Source: Candidatus Micrarchaeota archaeon
Lineage (GTDB): Archaea; Micrarchaeota; Micrarchaeia; Micrarchaeales; CABMGC01
Direction: 5' to 3'
DNA: 51,973 bases
Assembly (NCBI GenBank): GCA_021803245.1
Contig: JAJZLT010000019.1
Location: forward strand, 1 to 51,973
The first letter of the stretch is position 1. The number at the start of each line of letters is the position of its first letter. Positions 34,206 to 44,323 of the stretch are shown in pieces. The notes beneath the pieces were generated by a model. The model saw only the letters and a list, made by a program, of their open reading frames with translations. It was not told the origin of the DNA and searched no databases. Both the position numbers and the translations under genes were made by a program.

Positions 34206-35498
34206 TCAGAGAGGCCTGGAGATCAGGCAGGCATATGAGTTTCCAACAATCTCTGCCTCAACATAGCCGCCTATTGGAACTTCGCGGTCTCCATGGAGGA
34301 CTGCCACTTGCGTGTAGAATTCGTCCCTTCCGGAAAGCGATTTCGCATTTCTCTCTGTTATGAGCACCCTTTTCCTCATTCCTATAAACTTTGACAGATC
34401 CTCAGCCTGTATCTTCCTGACAAGCCTTGAGATCTTAACGCTCCTTTCCTTCACCACGCCGTTGTGGAGTTGCTTCATCCGAGAAGCTGCAGCGTGGGGC
34501 CTGATTGAAAACTTTGATACATTTGTAACATTCGGGCGCTGCTCCTCTGCAAATCTGGCTGTTTCTTCAAAATCGTCTTCAGTTTCGAGGGGATACCCTA
34601 CTATTACATCAGTCTCAAGGTTTATTCCAGGAACCTTCTTCCTCAGTTCCGATACATATGAGTTGAATTCCTCTATCGTGTAGTTCCTCCCCATGCTCTT
34701 CAGTATCCTGTTGCTGGCCGACTGCACCGGCAGATGAATAAACCTGAACGCCTTGCCCATTCTGTAGGCTGCTATCAGTTCATCGAGGTATCTGTGAAGG
34801 TGCTCCGGATTCAGCATGCCTACCCTTATACTGAATTCGCCTTCTATCTCAGAAGCCCTCTGGAGAAGCTCCGCTATATTCGTCTTTTTGTCGAAGCCGT
34901 AGGCACCCGTATCCTGCGACGCAAGCTCTATCTCTTTTGAGCCGCGCTTTACAGAATCCGAGATCGCCTTGAGGATGAGCTCTTCCGAGAAGCTGTTCAA
35001 TGGGCCGCGCGCGAATTTGGTCTCGCAGAAGCTGCAGCTGCTCAGGCATCCTTCGCTTATGGGTATGCGGGCTATCACGGCTCCGCTTGCATTATAATAG
35101 GCCATCTTGTCCTTTCTTGCATAGCCTAGCCTGGCGTCGCCCCATTTTCCTGCGCTGGAAAGTACGCCAGCCATCTCTGTTATCCTGCTGGTGCTTACTA
35201 TAGCAGCGGCAGGGGCGGCTTTCTTTACCTTCTCAGGGCTGGCAGTGGCAAGACAGCCAGTAACTATGATCTTTTTTCCTGACCTGCCAAGTCTGCCTAG
35301 CCTGTCAAGCATTTTCTGCTCAGTGGGCTTCTTCACAGTGCACGTGTTTATTATTATGTAATCATAGCTATTGATGTTCTGCAGGGTAGCTTGTCCCTTC
35401 TCGACAGAGAACCCCTGTTCCTTGAGAATTGACTCTATGATCTCACTGTCTGCTTTATTTAGCGTGCAACCATGGGTTTCAATCAGAACTCTCTCCAT
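34206..35498 (-). CDS. MiaB-like radical-SAM tRNA methylthiotransferase (archaeal e-MtaB/CDKAL1 type)
   Basis: 430-aa ORF. N-terminal UPF0004 domain (ETHGCTLNKADSE, NTCTVK, TGCL), radical SAM CLSSCSFC, C-terminal TRAM-like segment. Confidence 0.85.
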   Translation of the reverse strand: MERVLIETHGCTLNKADSEIIESILKEQGFSVEKGQATLQNINSYDYIIINTCTVKKPTEQKMLDRLGRLGRSGKKIIVTGCLATASPEKVKKAAPAAAIVSTSRITEMAGVLSSAGKWGDARLGYARKDKMAYYNASGAVIARIPISEGCLSSCSFCETKFARGPLNSFSEELILKAISDSVKRGSKEIELASQDTGAYGFDKKTNIAELLQRASEIEGEFSIRVGMLNPEHLHRYLDELIAAYRMGKAFRFIHLPVQSASNRILKSMGRNYTIEEFNSYVSELRKKVPGINLETDVIVGYPLETEDDFEETARFAEEQRPNVTNVSKFSIRPHAAASRMKQLHNGVVKERSVKISRLVRKIQAEDLSKFIGMRKRVLITERNAKSLSGRDEFYTQVAVLHGDREVPIGGYVEAEIVGNSYACLISRPL

Positions 35499-35605
35499 AA
35501 GGCTCCAGGATAATGATTGCAGATATCTGTTATTTAAGGTTGAGCTTGCCTGACTGAGGAGATGGATGCGATGGATGCGGTAGCTATTTAATAGTTATTC
35601 GGCAT

Positions 35606-35830
35606 ATGAATATGCGAAATCACTATAGTGAGACTATGATATGCGAAAGATGTGGAAAGGATATATACAAGGCCAGCACATGCAACTACTGCAAGCGCAA
35701 GATAGGGATAGAATGCGTGAAGAGCTCCAGAAAGATAAGCCAGACGGAGAGAGTCTTCATCTGCAAGGATGACTGGAGCGATATAAGGAAGAGGCGCGCT
35801 TTCAAGAGCCAGACGAGCTCAGGAGTATAA
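35606..35830 (+). CDS. small Cys-rich (Zn-ribbon-like) hypothetical protein
   Basis: 74-aa ORF, or 64 aa from Met 35636: MICERCGKDIYKASTCNYCKRKIGIEC...FICKDDW. No family recognised, so whether it is coding is uncertain. Confidence 0.35.
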   Translation: MNMRNHYSETMICERCGKDIYKASTCNYCKRKIGIECVKSSRKISQTERVFICKDDWSDIRKRRAFKSQTSSGV

Positions 35831-35832
35831 GC

Positions 35833-38800
35833 TTACAGTTTCCTTACCTGCAGCCTGAACACTTCACCTTCGATGTCGAAGTTTTCTGAATCTTCAGGCA
35901 ATTCTGCTTCCCTTATTTCCTTTGCGTTTAGGTTCCTTGCAATTTGCTGTTTGTTCGCTGCTACTATTCCTGAGAGCCCTGGAGATGCTTTGTAAAGCAG
36001 CTCAATCTTGTCAGGCTTCTTCAGCTCCAGTTTCTTCCTTAGAAGCTGAACTCTCCGTTCGAATTCCCTGACAAGCGCTTCTTCCTTCAACTCTCTGCTT
36101 ATGTTCCTGTCTATGTATGCGCTGCCGTGGCTGAAGGCCACCGCATCACCCTCGCCCTTCAATTCAAGTATGGCGAACTGGTCCGGCTTTATCTCAAATA
36201 TCTCTGCGCCGATTCTGAGTGCGTATCTTCCCGCTTTCTCTACCTGGCTTCTCATCTCATTGGGATCGCTCTTCTTCAGCGCCTCTGCTATTGCCGAGGC
36301 CTTGTCTTTGAAGACAGGCCCCAGCCTGGAAAATACAGGCCTCACCTCTTCGCTTGCGCCTTTTATCCTCTTCAGCTCAAGCTCCTTTGCATTGACTGCA
36401 TCCTTTACTATCCCTGAGAGCCTCTCCAGTGCTGCTTTTGAGACGTCATCCCTGACCTCTATTATGGCCTTTGATATCGGCCATCTGAGCGTTATATTTG
36501 CCTTTTCCCTGCTGTTCAGAAGCGCAGTTATTGCATCCTTTGCTATCCCCATCTGCACTTCAAGCTCCTTGTTTATGGCTTTTTGCTTTGCCTGCGGCCA
36601 TTTCTCCAGGAAAATAGATTCACTGCGCCTGTATCTTTCAAGATATATGGATTCTGAGGAAAATGGAGTGATAACTGAAGTAAGCAGGAGTACGTTATAG
36701 AGCACATAATTGGCTATGCCCAGTATCTCCGCTGCCTGGCCCCTGTTCCCGTATAAAAGCCTCTTCTTTGCAATTTTGAGGTAGAACCTGCTGAAGTCCT
36801 CCAGTATAAAGTTCCTCAGTTCCGAAGCTGCCCTGTACGCCTCATACTTTTCCAGATGCTCTGTTACCGAGTATATTATTGACTCTGTCCTTGACACTAT
36901 CCAGGCATCAATCTCGTCAAGGGAAACGGATTTTGCTCTAGGCTTTGCCTGGAGCTTTATGCCGAGCATGTCTGCGTATTCTGAGAGCAGATTTGATATA
37001 TTGTAAAGAACGCTTATTATCTTGCCGCTCTCTTTTATCTCTGCTTCATTGAGATTTCTATTAAGTATTGGCTGGTGATCGATGCTCCAGAGCCTGAAGG
37101 CATCTGCAGTGAACATTCTGGTTATCTCATTCAGAGGCCTGAAATTGCCGAAGCTCTTGCTCATCTTCCTTCCATCAGTGCCTGCCATTATGCCATGCAC
37201 CATCGCATTCCTGAAAGGTATCTTCCCGTAGACCATTACCCCGCACTTCATCAGGTACTGGAACCATGCGCGGATCTGCTCTATGTACTCAACTATCAGG
37301 TCCACCGGGAAGAATTCTTTGAACTGCTCCTCGGTAAGGCTCGCCCTGAAGGTTATCCCTGAATCAAACCATCCGTCAAGAATGTCCCTTGTTCTCTCCA
37401 TGCTGCCTCCGCATTCGCACTTTAACTTTATCTTGTCTATGTAAGGCCTGTGGAGATCACGCAGGTTGAGTGCTTCTTCCTGATTTGTAGCATTTTCCCT
37501 TAGTTCTTGAGCTGATCCTATTACCTTCATCTTCTTGCAGGCTCCGCATACCCAGATAGGCATTGGTATTCCCCAGTATCTTTGCCTGGAGATGCACCAG
37601 TCCGGAGAATTCTCAAGCACTGCTTTCTGCCAGCCCTTCACTTCCTGCGGGTGCCAGTTAACTCTCTCATTCTGCCTGACAAGCTTCTTTTTTATTCTTT
37701 GGACATTCATGAACCACTGGTCTGTGGCGAGAAAGATCAGCTTTGAGCTGCATCTCCAGCAGAAAGGATAGCTGTGGCGTATGGAGCTCCTGCTTAGAAG
37801 TGCGCCTGACGCTTCAAGATCTTCAAGCACCGCTTTGTTGGCATCTGTGGGAACCTTGATGCCCTTGTATACTCCTGCGTCTTCATTGTATGTTGCATCA
37901 GGATTGACAGGTGAAAAAATTGGCAGCTTGTTCAGCTTCCCAACCGCATAGTCATCAACCCCGTTTCCCGGCGCCATATGCACCAGGCCTGTTCCTTCGC
38001 CCATGGAGACAAGGCTTTCAGAGAAGATTACTCTGTGGTACTTCCTTAGCTCCGCCTGCTTCGGAACTTTTGCCTCGAGTGGGCTTATGTAATAGATATC
38101 ATGCAATTCGCTGCCCTGAAACTCGTTTATGATCACAAGGCTCTCCTTCATTACGGCCTCGAATGCTGCAAGCCTCTCCTTGGCTATTATCATATTCTTG
38201 CCTGCCGCATTTACCATCACATACGTGTTTTTAGGGTTTGCGGCCACTGAAACATTTGCAGGAAGCGTCCATGGCGTTGTTGTCCATATTACCAGATAAC
38301 TGTCCGGAGGAAGCGCTATGCCTGGCCTGGATCTCTTCTCGTCTATCCTGAACGCGACGTATATAGATGGATCATCTACGTCTCTGTACTCTACTTCCAT
38401 GCTTCCTTGTGACAGCGGTGTCTCGCAGTGGGGGCAGTATATAAGGGTGCGCTTGCCTTTGTAGAGGAATCCGTTCTCGCTTGCCTTCTTGAACATGCCC
38501 CAGGCCGTTTCTATGTATTCGTTCTTATAAGGCAGATAGGGGTTCTTGAAATCGAGTGAAATGCCAAAACGCTCGTAATCCGCGTCCATGCGGCCTATGT
38601 ACTTTTCCACGTATGCCCTGCACTCGTTAACGAATTTTTCTACGCCTATCTTTTCTTCGATATCCTTCTTGGACTGGACTCCGAGCTCCTTTTCCAGCCT
38701 GTTCTCTACCGGCAGGCCATGCACATCGTAACCGGCTCTGTCTACCACATTAAAACCGCGGTATCTCTTGTATCTTACGGCAACATCCTTCATCGTCTTG

Positions 38801-38970
38801 GTCCATATCTGCGCAGGGTGCAGGTCGCCGCTGACAAAAGGAGGGCCGTCAAGGAAATAGTAAGGCTTCCTGCTCTTGTTCCTGGCCCTGACCTTTTCCA
38901 GTATCCGGTTCTCTTTCCAGTACGCAAGCACCTCTTCCTCTTTGCTGTTAAGATCCTGCAATGATATCAC
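35833..38970 (-). CDS. ileS: isoleucyl-tRNA synthetase
   Basis: 1045-aa ORF with a GTG start. HIGH-like region PPFVSGDLHPAQ, KMSKS exactly present, CP1 editing domain, and Zn-binding CxxC pairs. Confidence 0.95.
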   Translation of the reverse strand: MISLQDLNSKEEEVLAYWKENRILEKVRARNKSRKPYYFLDGPPFVSGDLHPAQIWTKTMKDVAVRYKRYRGFNVVDRAGYDVHGLPVENRLEKELGVQSKKDIEEKIGVEKFVNECRAYVEKYIGRMDADYERFGISLDFKNPYLPYKNEYIETAWGMFKKASENGFLYKGKRTLIYCPHCETPLSQGSMEVEYRDVDDPSIYVAFRIDEKRSRPGIALPPDSYLVIWTTTPWTLPANVSVAANPKNTYVMVNAAGKNMIIAKERLAAFEAVMKESLVIINEFQGSELHDIYYISPLEAKVPKQAELRKYHRVIFSESLVSMGEGTGLVHMAPGNGVDDYAVGKLNKLPIFSPVNPDATYNEDAGVYKGIKVPTDANKAVLEDLEASGALLSRSSIRHSYPFCWRCSSKLIFLATDQWFMNVQRIKKKLVRQNERVNWHPQEVKGWQKAVLENSPDWCISRQRYWGIPMPIWVCGACKKMKVIGSAQELRENATNQEEALNLRDLHRPYIDKIKLKCECGGSMERTRDILDGWFDSGITFRASLTEEQFKEFFPVDLIVEYIEQIRAWFQYLMKCGVMVYGKIPFRNAMVHGIMAGTDGRKMSKSFGNFRPLNEITRMFTADAFRLWSIDHQPILNRNLNEAEIKESGKIISVLYNISNLLSEYADMLGIKLQAKPRAKSVSLDEIDAWIVSRTESIIYSVTEHLEKYEAYRAASELRNFILEDFSRFYLKIAKKRLLYGNRGQAAEILGIANYVLYNVLLLTSVITPFSSESIYLERYRRSESIFLEKWPQAKQKAINKELEVQMGIAKDAITALLNSREKANITLRWPISKAIIEVRDDVSKAALERLSGIVKDAVNAKELELKRIKGASEEVRPVFSRLGPVFKDKASAIAEALKKSDPNEMRSQVEKAGRYALRIGAEIFEIKPDQFAILELKGEGDAVAFSHGSAYIDRNISRELKEEALVREFERRVQLLRKKLELKKPDKIELLYKASPGLSGIVAANKQQIARNLNAKEIREAELPEDSENFDIEGEVFRLQVRKL

Positions 38971-39048
38971 TAAGTATAAGTTTTCTATAGAAGTAATTTG
39001 AAAGCGATTTTAATAAATCTTGCGTTGAAATAATAAATAAACGGTTTT

Positions 39049-39690
39049 ATGCGAAGCGCTGATGCTGCCACTATATTCAGGACTCTGCTAGCCATAGCAG
39101 TAGTATATATGATCATACTAAAGCTTAATGCGGCGCTTATAATTTTCCTCATTGCGCTTGTCATGTTCCTGGATGCATTCGACGGCTTCCTTGCAGTGAA
39201 CGAAGAGAGCAAAGGAGGCATAAGCTTCATTACCTACCTGAAAGCGGCTTCAGGAAACGCAGCAGAAAAAAAGAAGGTTGCACAGTTCAAGCACAGCATA
39301 GCGGGCCACAATCCGTATGGAGCCAGGTTTGACGTTGCTGGAGACAGGGCAGTAGAGTATTCGTTCTGGATAGTCTTCACGTATCTGCATCTTCTTCCGT
39401 TGTATGTGCTTCTTTTGGTGGTCCTTAGGCACTCGTTTGTAGACGCCTTCATGGGCCAGCGCGGCACTTCGTCCAAGATGAAAACAGGCTTTGCACAGAA
39501 GGTGTATTCATCAAATATAGGCAGGGGCGGAATAAACGTGGTAAAATTCGTTACGTTTGCCTACCTCGCCCTAGTATACGTGTCTAACTACCACTACCCG
39601 ATTGTTGTAGGCTACATGCTGACGGCTGTACTGCTTGCTTATATACTTATAAGAGGCGTAGCTGAGATATATGACAGTACAGCAAAGTGA
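39049..39690 (+). CDS. CDP-alcohol phosphatidyltransferase family protein
   Basis: 213-aa polytopic ORF. DAFDGFLAV followed much later by GARFDVAGDRA gives a D-x2-D-G ... G-x3-D-x3-D signature split by an insert of about 40 aa. Confidence 0.65.
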   Translation: MRSADAATIFRTLLAIAVVYMIILKLNAALIIFLIALVMFLDAFDGFLAVNEESKGGISFITYLKAASGNAAEKKKVAQFKHSIAGHNPYGARFDVAGDRAVEYSFWIVFTYLHLLPLYVLLLVVLRHSFVDAFMGQRGTSSKMKTGFAQKVYSSNIGRGGINVVKFVTFAYLALVYVSNYHYPIVVGYMLTAVLLAYILIRGVAEIYDSTAK

Positions 39691-39714
39691 TAGGTAGGCC
39701 TTGGAAGCATTATT

Positions 39715-40431
39715 ATGGAGAAAAAGAGCAAACCTTATTTCAGCGTTATAATACCCGCATACAACGAGGAGAGGTACATAGGCTATGCTTTTGCAGGACT
39801 GAAGCAGCAGACATTCAAAGACTTTGAAGCAATAGTGGTATACAGAAAGGGCAATGACAGGACTGCGCAGATCGCGGGAAAAAATGCCAGGGTAATAATA
39901 GACAAAGGGCACGGAGTCGCAAGGGCGAGAAATAAAGGTGCAGCTGCTGCCAGGGGGGAGATACTCTTATTTTTGGATGCAGACACCAAACCAAAGTACA
40001 ATCTGCTTGAAGAGTATGAGAAGGCGTTTCGCGACAAGGAGCTGGCTGTTGCGACAGGCCTTATACTGCCGCTGGAGAAGAGAAAGCTCAGGATAAAACT
40101 TGGCTATATCTTCGTATCGGTGATATTTGTCTGGATAAGCATCGCGCTTGGAAGGCCTTCGGTCATCGGCTCCAATTTTGCGGTAAGGAAGAAGGTCTTC
40201 AAAAAAAGCGGCGGCTTTGACCCCGGCCTTGTTACATATGAGGACTGGGACCTCTCAAAGCGGCTGAAGAAATATGGAAAGACAAGGATCTTTTTGCAGG
40301 CAAGAGTATATACCAGCACTAGAAGAATAGATGACTGGGGGATGTGGGGCTTTTTCAAGTACTATGTAGGCAACATCTTCAGATACAACTTCCTAAAGAA
40401 ACCAAAAAAAGACTACATGCCTGTGCGATAA
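39715..40431 (+). CDS. family 2 glycosyltransferase
   Basis: 238-aa ORF with FSVIIPAYNEE, LFLDADT (DxD) and SNFAVRK/EDWD. Confidence 0.8.
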   Translation: MEKKSKPYFSVIIPAYNEERYIGYAFAGLKQQTFKDFEAIVVYRKGNDRTAQIAGKNARVIIDKGHGVARARNKGAAAARGEILLFLDADTKPKYNLLEEYEKAFRDKELAVATGLILPLEKRKLRIKLGYIFVSVIFVWISIALGRPSVIGSNFAVRKKVFKKSGGFDPGLVTYEDWDLSKRLKKYGKTRIFLQARVYTSTRRIDDWGMWGFFKYYVGNIFRYNFLKKPKKDYMPVR

Positions 40432-40443
40432 ATGTAGAGACAG

Positions 40444-41385
40444 TTAATGGAGCAAAGAAATTGCGGCCAGCGTGTTCACCAGTATGTGGGCTGTGATTGA
40501 AGGGTAGAGGGATTTTGTTTTGCGGAACATATAGGAAGCAATGATGCCGAAGACAAATGCGAATATTACTTCTATGCCGAAAGTCGAATTATAGCTCACG
40601 TGGCCTGCTGCGAAGAGTAGCGAGCTGAACACTATGCCTATCCTGGGCACCATAAGCCCCCTGAAGAGCACTTCTTCGTTTATAGGTTCAATTACAGCCA
40701 GGAATATTATGAACCAGAAGGGCGCGCCTGAAAACACGCTGCCGACGTTGGTGTTGATTTTTACATTTGTGGCTATGCTTATCAGGCTGATTGCCACCTC
40801 AAAAAGGAAGATTATGATGAATATGACTACTCCAAGAAGAACCAACTGCAACGTGAGCCTCTCCCTGCTTAGCCCGAGCATGCCCGCTATGCTTTCTTTC
40901 TTCGTGTTTTTCCCGGGTTTCCTCTCCGGAATTAGAAGGCCGGCATTTGAAATTTTTATAGAGGCCAATATGCTTATAAGTACAGAGACAATGAGCGTCA
41001 GAATCGAGTATAATGCAAGACTGCCATGAGAAAGCGGCAGAGCTGCCAGCAAATCAGAGACCACTAGAAAAATGGAGAGAAATACGCCTATCGAAGCGAA
41101 TATGACTGCGATGCCGTATGAATGGCTCTTTGTTGCATTTATCTTGACTGCCCTGTTAAGCAGGAGGTAGAATACTGCGCACAGGGAGAATGAGAACCCC
41201 TGCGCAACATCCTCAAAGAAGGGAAGCTGCGCGTTTTGGATCATCCCTGCATAATTAAAAGACAGAACCATGCCTGTCAGCAAAAGGAGCAGGGAAAGAA
41301 AAATTCCCGATAGGACAAGATACCATGCCAAACCACGGCGCATCCACAAATAACGCGGCGGTTTGTACGACTCAGGCACAGACAA
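40444..41385 (-). CDS. CPBP-family intramembrane glutamic endopeptidase (CAAX protease-like)
   Basis: 313-aa polytopic ORF. The C-terminal domain has EPINEEVLFRG (EExxxR), FAAGH and ITAHILVN motifs. Confidence 0.7.
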   Translation of the reverse strand: MSVPESYKPPRYLWMRRGLAWYLVLSGIFLSLLLLLTGMVLSFNYAGMIQNAQLPFFEDVAQGFSFSLCAVFYLLLNRAVKINATKSHSYGIAVIFASIGVFLSIFLVVSDLLAALPLSHGSLALYSILTLIVSVLISILASIKISNAGLLIPERKPGKNTKKESIAGMLGLSRERLTLQLVLLGVVIFIIIFLFEVAISLISIATNVKINTNVGSVFSGAPFWFIIFLAVIEPINEEVLFRGLMVPRIGIVFSSLLFAAGHVSYNSTFGIEVIFAFVFGIIASYMFRKTKSLYPSITAHILVNTLAAISLLH

Positions 41386-41431
41386 GTAAGAGATCAGGCC
41401 GTGGCTACTGCTTGCTTTGGCAGGGACGGTT

Positions 41432-41590
41432 TTACGCCGGTTTCTTCCACTCGGTATACCTACACCTTCCGCATGTGTATCTATCAGCGTGTACGCCCAT
41501 CCTGACCCCGCACTTTGGACAGAACTTCTCTGCCTCTTTGAATTTTTCCACTTTTTTTGGTTTCTTATCCTCTTTTTTAGCTTCAGCCAT
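41432..41590 (-). CDS. rps27ae: 30S ribosomal protein S27ae
   Basis: Not in the ORF track (52 aa). My translation is [53 protein letters not shown]4 zinc ribbon, adjacent to rps24e as is usual. Confidence 0.8.
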   Translation of the reverse strand: MAEAKKEDKKPKKVEKFKEAEKFCPKCGVRMGVHADRYTCGRCRYTEWKKPA

Positions 41591-41601
41591 AAATAAAACC
41601 T

Positions 41602-41955
41602 TTACTTCTTCCCCGCATCTTTCTTCTCTTCTTTCTTAACATCTGCTGCCTTGGCGTGCGCATTACCCTCCTTTGCTGCGCCATCCCTCTTCTTTCCCTT
41701 CTTTTTAAGCATTGCCTGAAGGAGCTCTTTGCTTGAATATGAATGCACAGTCACAATGCTGGATCTCGAGCCGTATTGCTGTTCTATTGCAACTATTTCT
41801 GTGCTATCTGGATTGAGGCTGAACTTTTTGCATACCTCCTTCTTTACCTCTTCCCTCGAAGGCGTATTCTGCTCGTAGCTTAGATGAAGCTGCAGCTCCT
41901 TCCTATTTAGCATCTTGTTCTCTTTTTCATTTTCTACCTTTATTTCCATGTCCAT
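41602..41955 (-). CDS. rps24e: 30S ribosomal protein S24e with a Lys-rich C-terminal tail
   Basis: [21 protein letters not shown]...[11 protein letters not shown] matches S24e. It ends in about 35 aa of [14 protein letters not shown]...[11 protein letters not shown]. Confidence 0.85.
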   Translation of the reverse strand: MDMEIKVENEKENKMLNRKELQLHLSYEQNTPSREEVKKEVCKKFSLNPDSTEIVAIEQQYGSRSSIVTVHSYSSKELLQAMLKKKGKKRDGAAKEGNAHAKAADVKKEEKKDAGKK

Positions 41956-41963
41956 AAAATCAA

Positions 41964-42368
41964 CTATACTGTGCCTGATATCCTCGAGATGGCCCTGTTC
42001 TCCCCATATTCTATTACTTCAACTTCCGCTCCGTTTTTCAGCGCATCCCTCATGTCCTCAGGTATTGCAACCTCGTATGTATCATAAGTCTCAAGATCCA
42101 TTAGCTGGGCTGATGTTCCGGAAATGGAAACTACCTGGGCCTTTTTCTTGCTTATAATCGGGACTTCTGCGTCAGCGCTGCTGGGTTTCAGCAAAGTCCT
42201 TTTCTGGCCGTCAAAGACGCCTACCGCTGTTATCCTCATCTTTGCCGCACCGTGCTTGCCCGGAGCTGACGTATCTATCTCCACGACCCGGCATGGAATA
42301 TTATCTATCAATATGAATCTTCCGGACTTTATATCCTTCATTGATGCATAGGTTTTTTCTTCTGACAT
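41964..42368 (-). CDS. eif5a: translation initiation factor 5A (aIF5A)
   Basis: 134-aa ORF with hypusination loop SAPGKHGAAKMRI. Confidence 0.9.
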   Translation of the reverse strand: MSEEKTYASMKDIKSGRFILIDNIPCRVVEIDTSAPGKHGAAKMRITAVGVFDGQKRTLLKPSSADAEVPIISKKKAQVVSISGTSAQLMDLETYDTYEVAIPEDMRDALKNGAEVEVIEYGENRAISRISGTV

Positions 42369-42467
42369 TCGACCACTTCAAGATTAAACAGCAGATAGAT
42401 TAAAAATTTAAGGTTTATATAGATAGCGATACGGGGAGAATGAATAAAGCCTTTTCCCTTAAGGTAT

Positions 42468-43217
42468 TTGTATATGATAGCCGTAACATTAAGCCTTGGG
42501 ATAGTCTTCAGCATAATCTCATTCATAGCTGCATTCTTCCTGCTTCCGAGAAAAGAGAGGGTTGCGACTGCGATAATAATCGGCATGGCCTTCATGCTTG
42601 GCGCCATATTCATACAGGGTATTCTCCAGTCCATGCCTGTGCTATACCTGATTTTTATTAGGGGACTTGGAGCCAAGGCAGGAAGCGCAGCGTATGTGGC
42701 ATTGGAGAGGAGTTATCCGCTGCTGATAGCTGCTTTCTTAGGCTTGATGGCAGGTTTCTGGCAGGAACTGGCCAAATTCTTCGCTGTAAAATACAATTCG
42801 GAGAGGCTTGCTCCGTGGGTTGGCTTTGGATTTGCAGCAATCGACATACTGATCTTTCTTGTTGCTCTTGCACCAGGCCTTAACATCAGCGCTTCGCAGG
42901 AAGCTGCGATAGGCCTGGCGAGCATCGTTCCAGTAATACTGCAGGCTCCTTTCTCGATGGCCTTCCATACCGGAACAGCTGCATTTCTCAAAAGGGGCAT
43001 GGGGCAAGATAAAACCAAGGCCATGCGCAACCTTGCAATCGCCATTCTTGCACACGCATACGTAGACGGCTCATTAGACTACGTAACTATATCGATAGCA
43101 TTGCTTGGCTTGCAGCACCTCCTTGGAGATCTGATTGTCTGGATTCCGTCAGTGGCGATTGCCCTGGTTTTTCTTGTTTGCCTTAGCAGGTACATCAAGT
43201 ATACTGCCAGGTCATAG
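42468..43217 (+). CDS. polytopic membrane protein, possibly a YhfC-like intramembrane metalloprotease
   Basis: 249 aa with about 7 TM segments. WQELAKF, FHTGTA and LAHAYVDG could be Glu/His metal ligands. The family call is tentative. Confidence 0.4.
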   Translation: MYMIAVTLSLGIVFSIISFIAAFFLLPRKERVATAIIIGMAFMLGAIFIQGILQSMPVLYLIFIRGLGAKAGSAAYVALERSYPLLIAAFLGLMAGFWQELAKFFAVKYNSERLAPWVGFGFAAIDILIFLVALAPGLNISASQEAAIGLASIVPVILQAPFSMAFHTGTAAFLKRGMGQDKTKAMRNLAIAILAHAYVDGSLDYVTISIALLGLQHLLGDLIVWIPSVAIALVFLVCLSRYIKYTARS

Positions 43218-44186
43218 AATGAATGCCGCAGCTATGCCGATGAAATACAGTACGACGAGAATTATTCCCTCCTTGTAGCCGAACCTGCCCTTTGCAATGA
43301 ATGCAATAGCCACTATATTGACACCTATTACCGTAAGCAATTCAGGAATTGACGACTTAATGCTTACAGGCACACCATACATTATGCCTGCGATGATGCC
43401 TATTAGGCCAAGCAATATCGTATTGTTCTCGAGCTTGCCTCCGAGAAAGCTGACTATCGCTGTTGATCCGCCGCCCGGGCTTTTCATTACCACCCTGTAT
43501 GCAGAAAGGTTTTCGCCGAAGTCCGCTGCAATAGGCGAGATTACAAGAGCTGCCAATATTAAAGGTATGCGCAGGTCTGTCGCAAGAGAGCTTATTGATT
43601 CTATGAATGGCTTTGAAAGCAGAATCACCAATATCGCACCTATCACAATATAGAACACGCCTTTTAGGAGCAGCTTAGTGCCTTCCTTTGTGATATTGTT
43701 GTTTTTAATATAAACTGAAGTTTGCTTGTACCTGTAGAGCACATACAGCACATATACGGCGCTTAGCGCCAGTCCCGAGAGGATATCCAGAGAACCATAA
43801 AGTATCAGCAGTCCTATCCCTATCGTTGAAGCTGCGAAGAAATAGAGATCTATGTGATAGTCCTCCTTCATCTTTAAGCTCTTTTTCCATTTCAACGCAT
43901 AGATAACTATCGCAAGTCCTATCCCAAGCGTGAATAAGAGTATATTTCCGCCTATCGCAGTGCCCACAGCCACGCTAAATGACCCGCTTAGCACTGCTAT
44001 TACTACAAATATGGTTTCCGGGAGGGAGCCCATCAGGCCCAGAAGCACTCCGCCTGCCATGCCCTGGCCAAGAAGCGGCTCCAGCCTGTGCGTTCCCTCT
44101 GCAACGATCTCAGCAGCCAGCACAAAGCCTGCAAGCAGCGCCGTTATTTCTATTGCGGTATAAAGCCCAGCCATCAAATCTTTCAC
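43212..44186 (-). CDS. cation/Ca2+ exchanger (CaCA) family membrane protein
   Basis: 324 aa with about 10 TM segments. Alpha-1 repeat-like GLMGSLPETIFVV. The second repeat (PIAADFGENLSAY) is weaker. Confidence 0.55.
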   Translation of the reverse strand: MKDLMAGLYTAIEITALLAGFVLAAEIVAEGTHRLEPLLGQGMAGGVLLGLMGSLPETIFVVIAVLSGSFSVAVGTAIGGNILLFTLGIGLAIVIYALKWKKSLKMKEDYHIDLYFFAASTIGIGLLILYGSLDILSGLALSAVYVLYVLYRYKQTSVYIKNNNITKEGTKLLLKGVFYIVIGAILVILLSKPFIESISSLATDLRIPLILAALVISPIAADFGENLSAYRVVMKSPGGGSTAIVSFLGGKLENNTILLGLIGIIAGIMYGVPVSIKSSIPELLTVIGVNIVAIAFIAKGRFGYKEGIILVVLYFIGIAAAFIL

Positions 44187-44323
44187 TATCTATACGCTCA
44201 TGCATAATATATTATTGGGCCTTGATTGGAAGAAGCGCTTGCCCTACTAATTCTGATTCAACTATCTGGATCAGAAGATGCTTGCATAAAATATCTACAG
44301 AAAGGATGGCTGTACAAAATACG

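Noticed and set aside
36101-36700. 199-aa plus-strand ORF, along with other long ORFs antisense to ileS.
   Set aside because: It lies entirely antisense to a confidently identified isoleucyl-tRNA synthetase gene. The Ser/Leu/Ala-rich translation has no recognisable motif. This is a typical shadow ORF.
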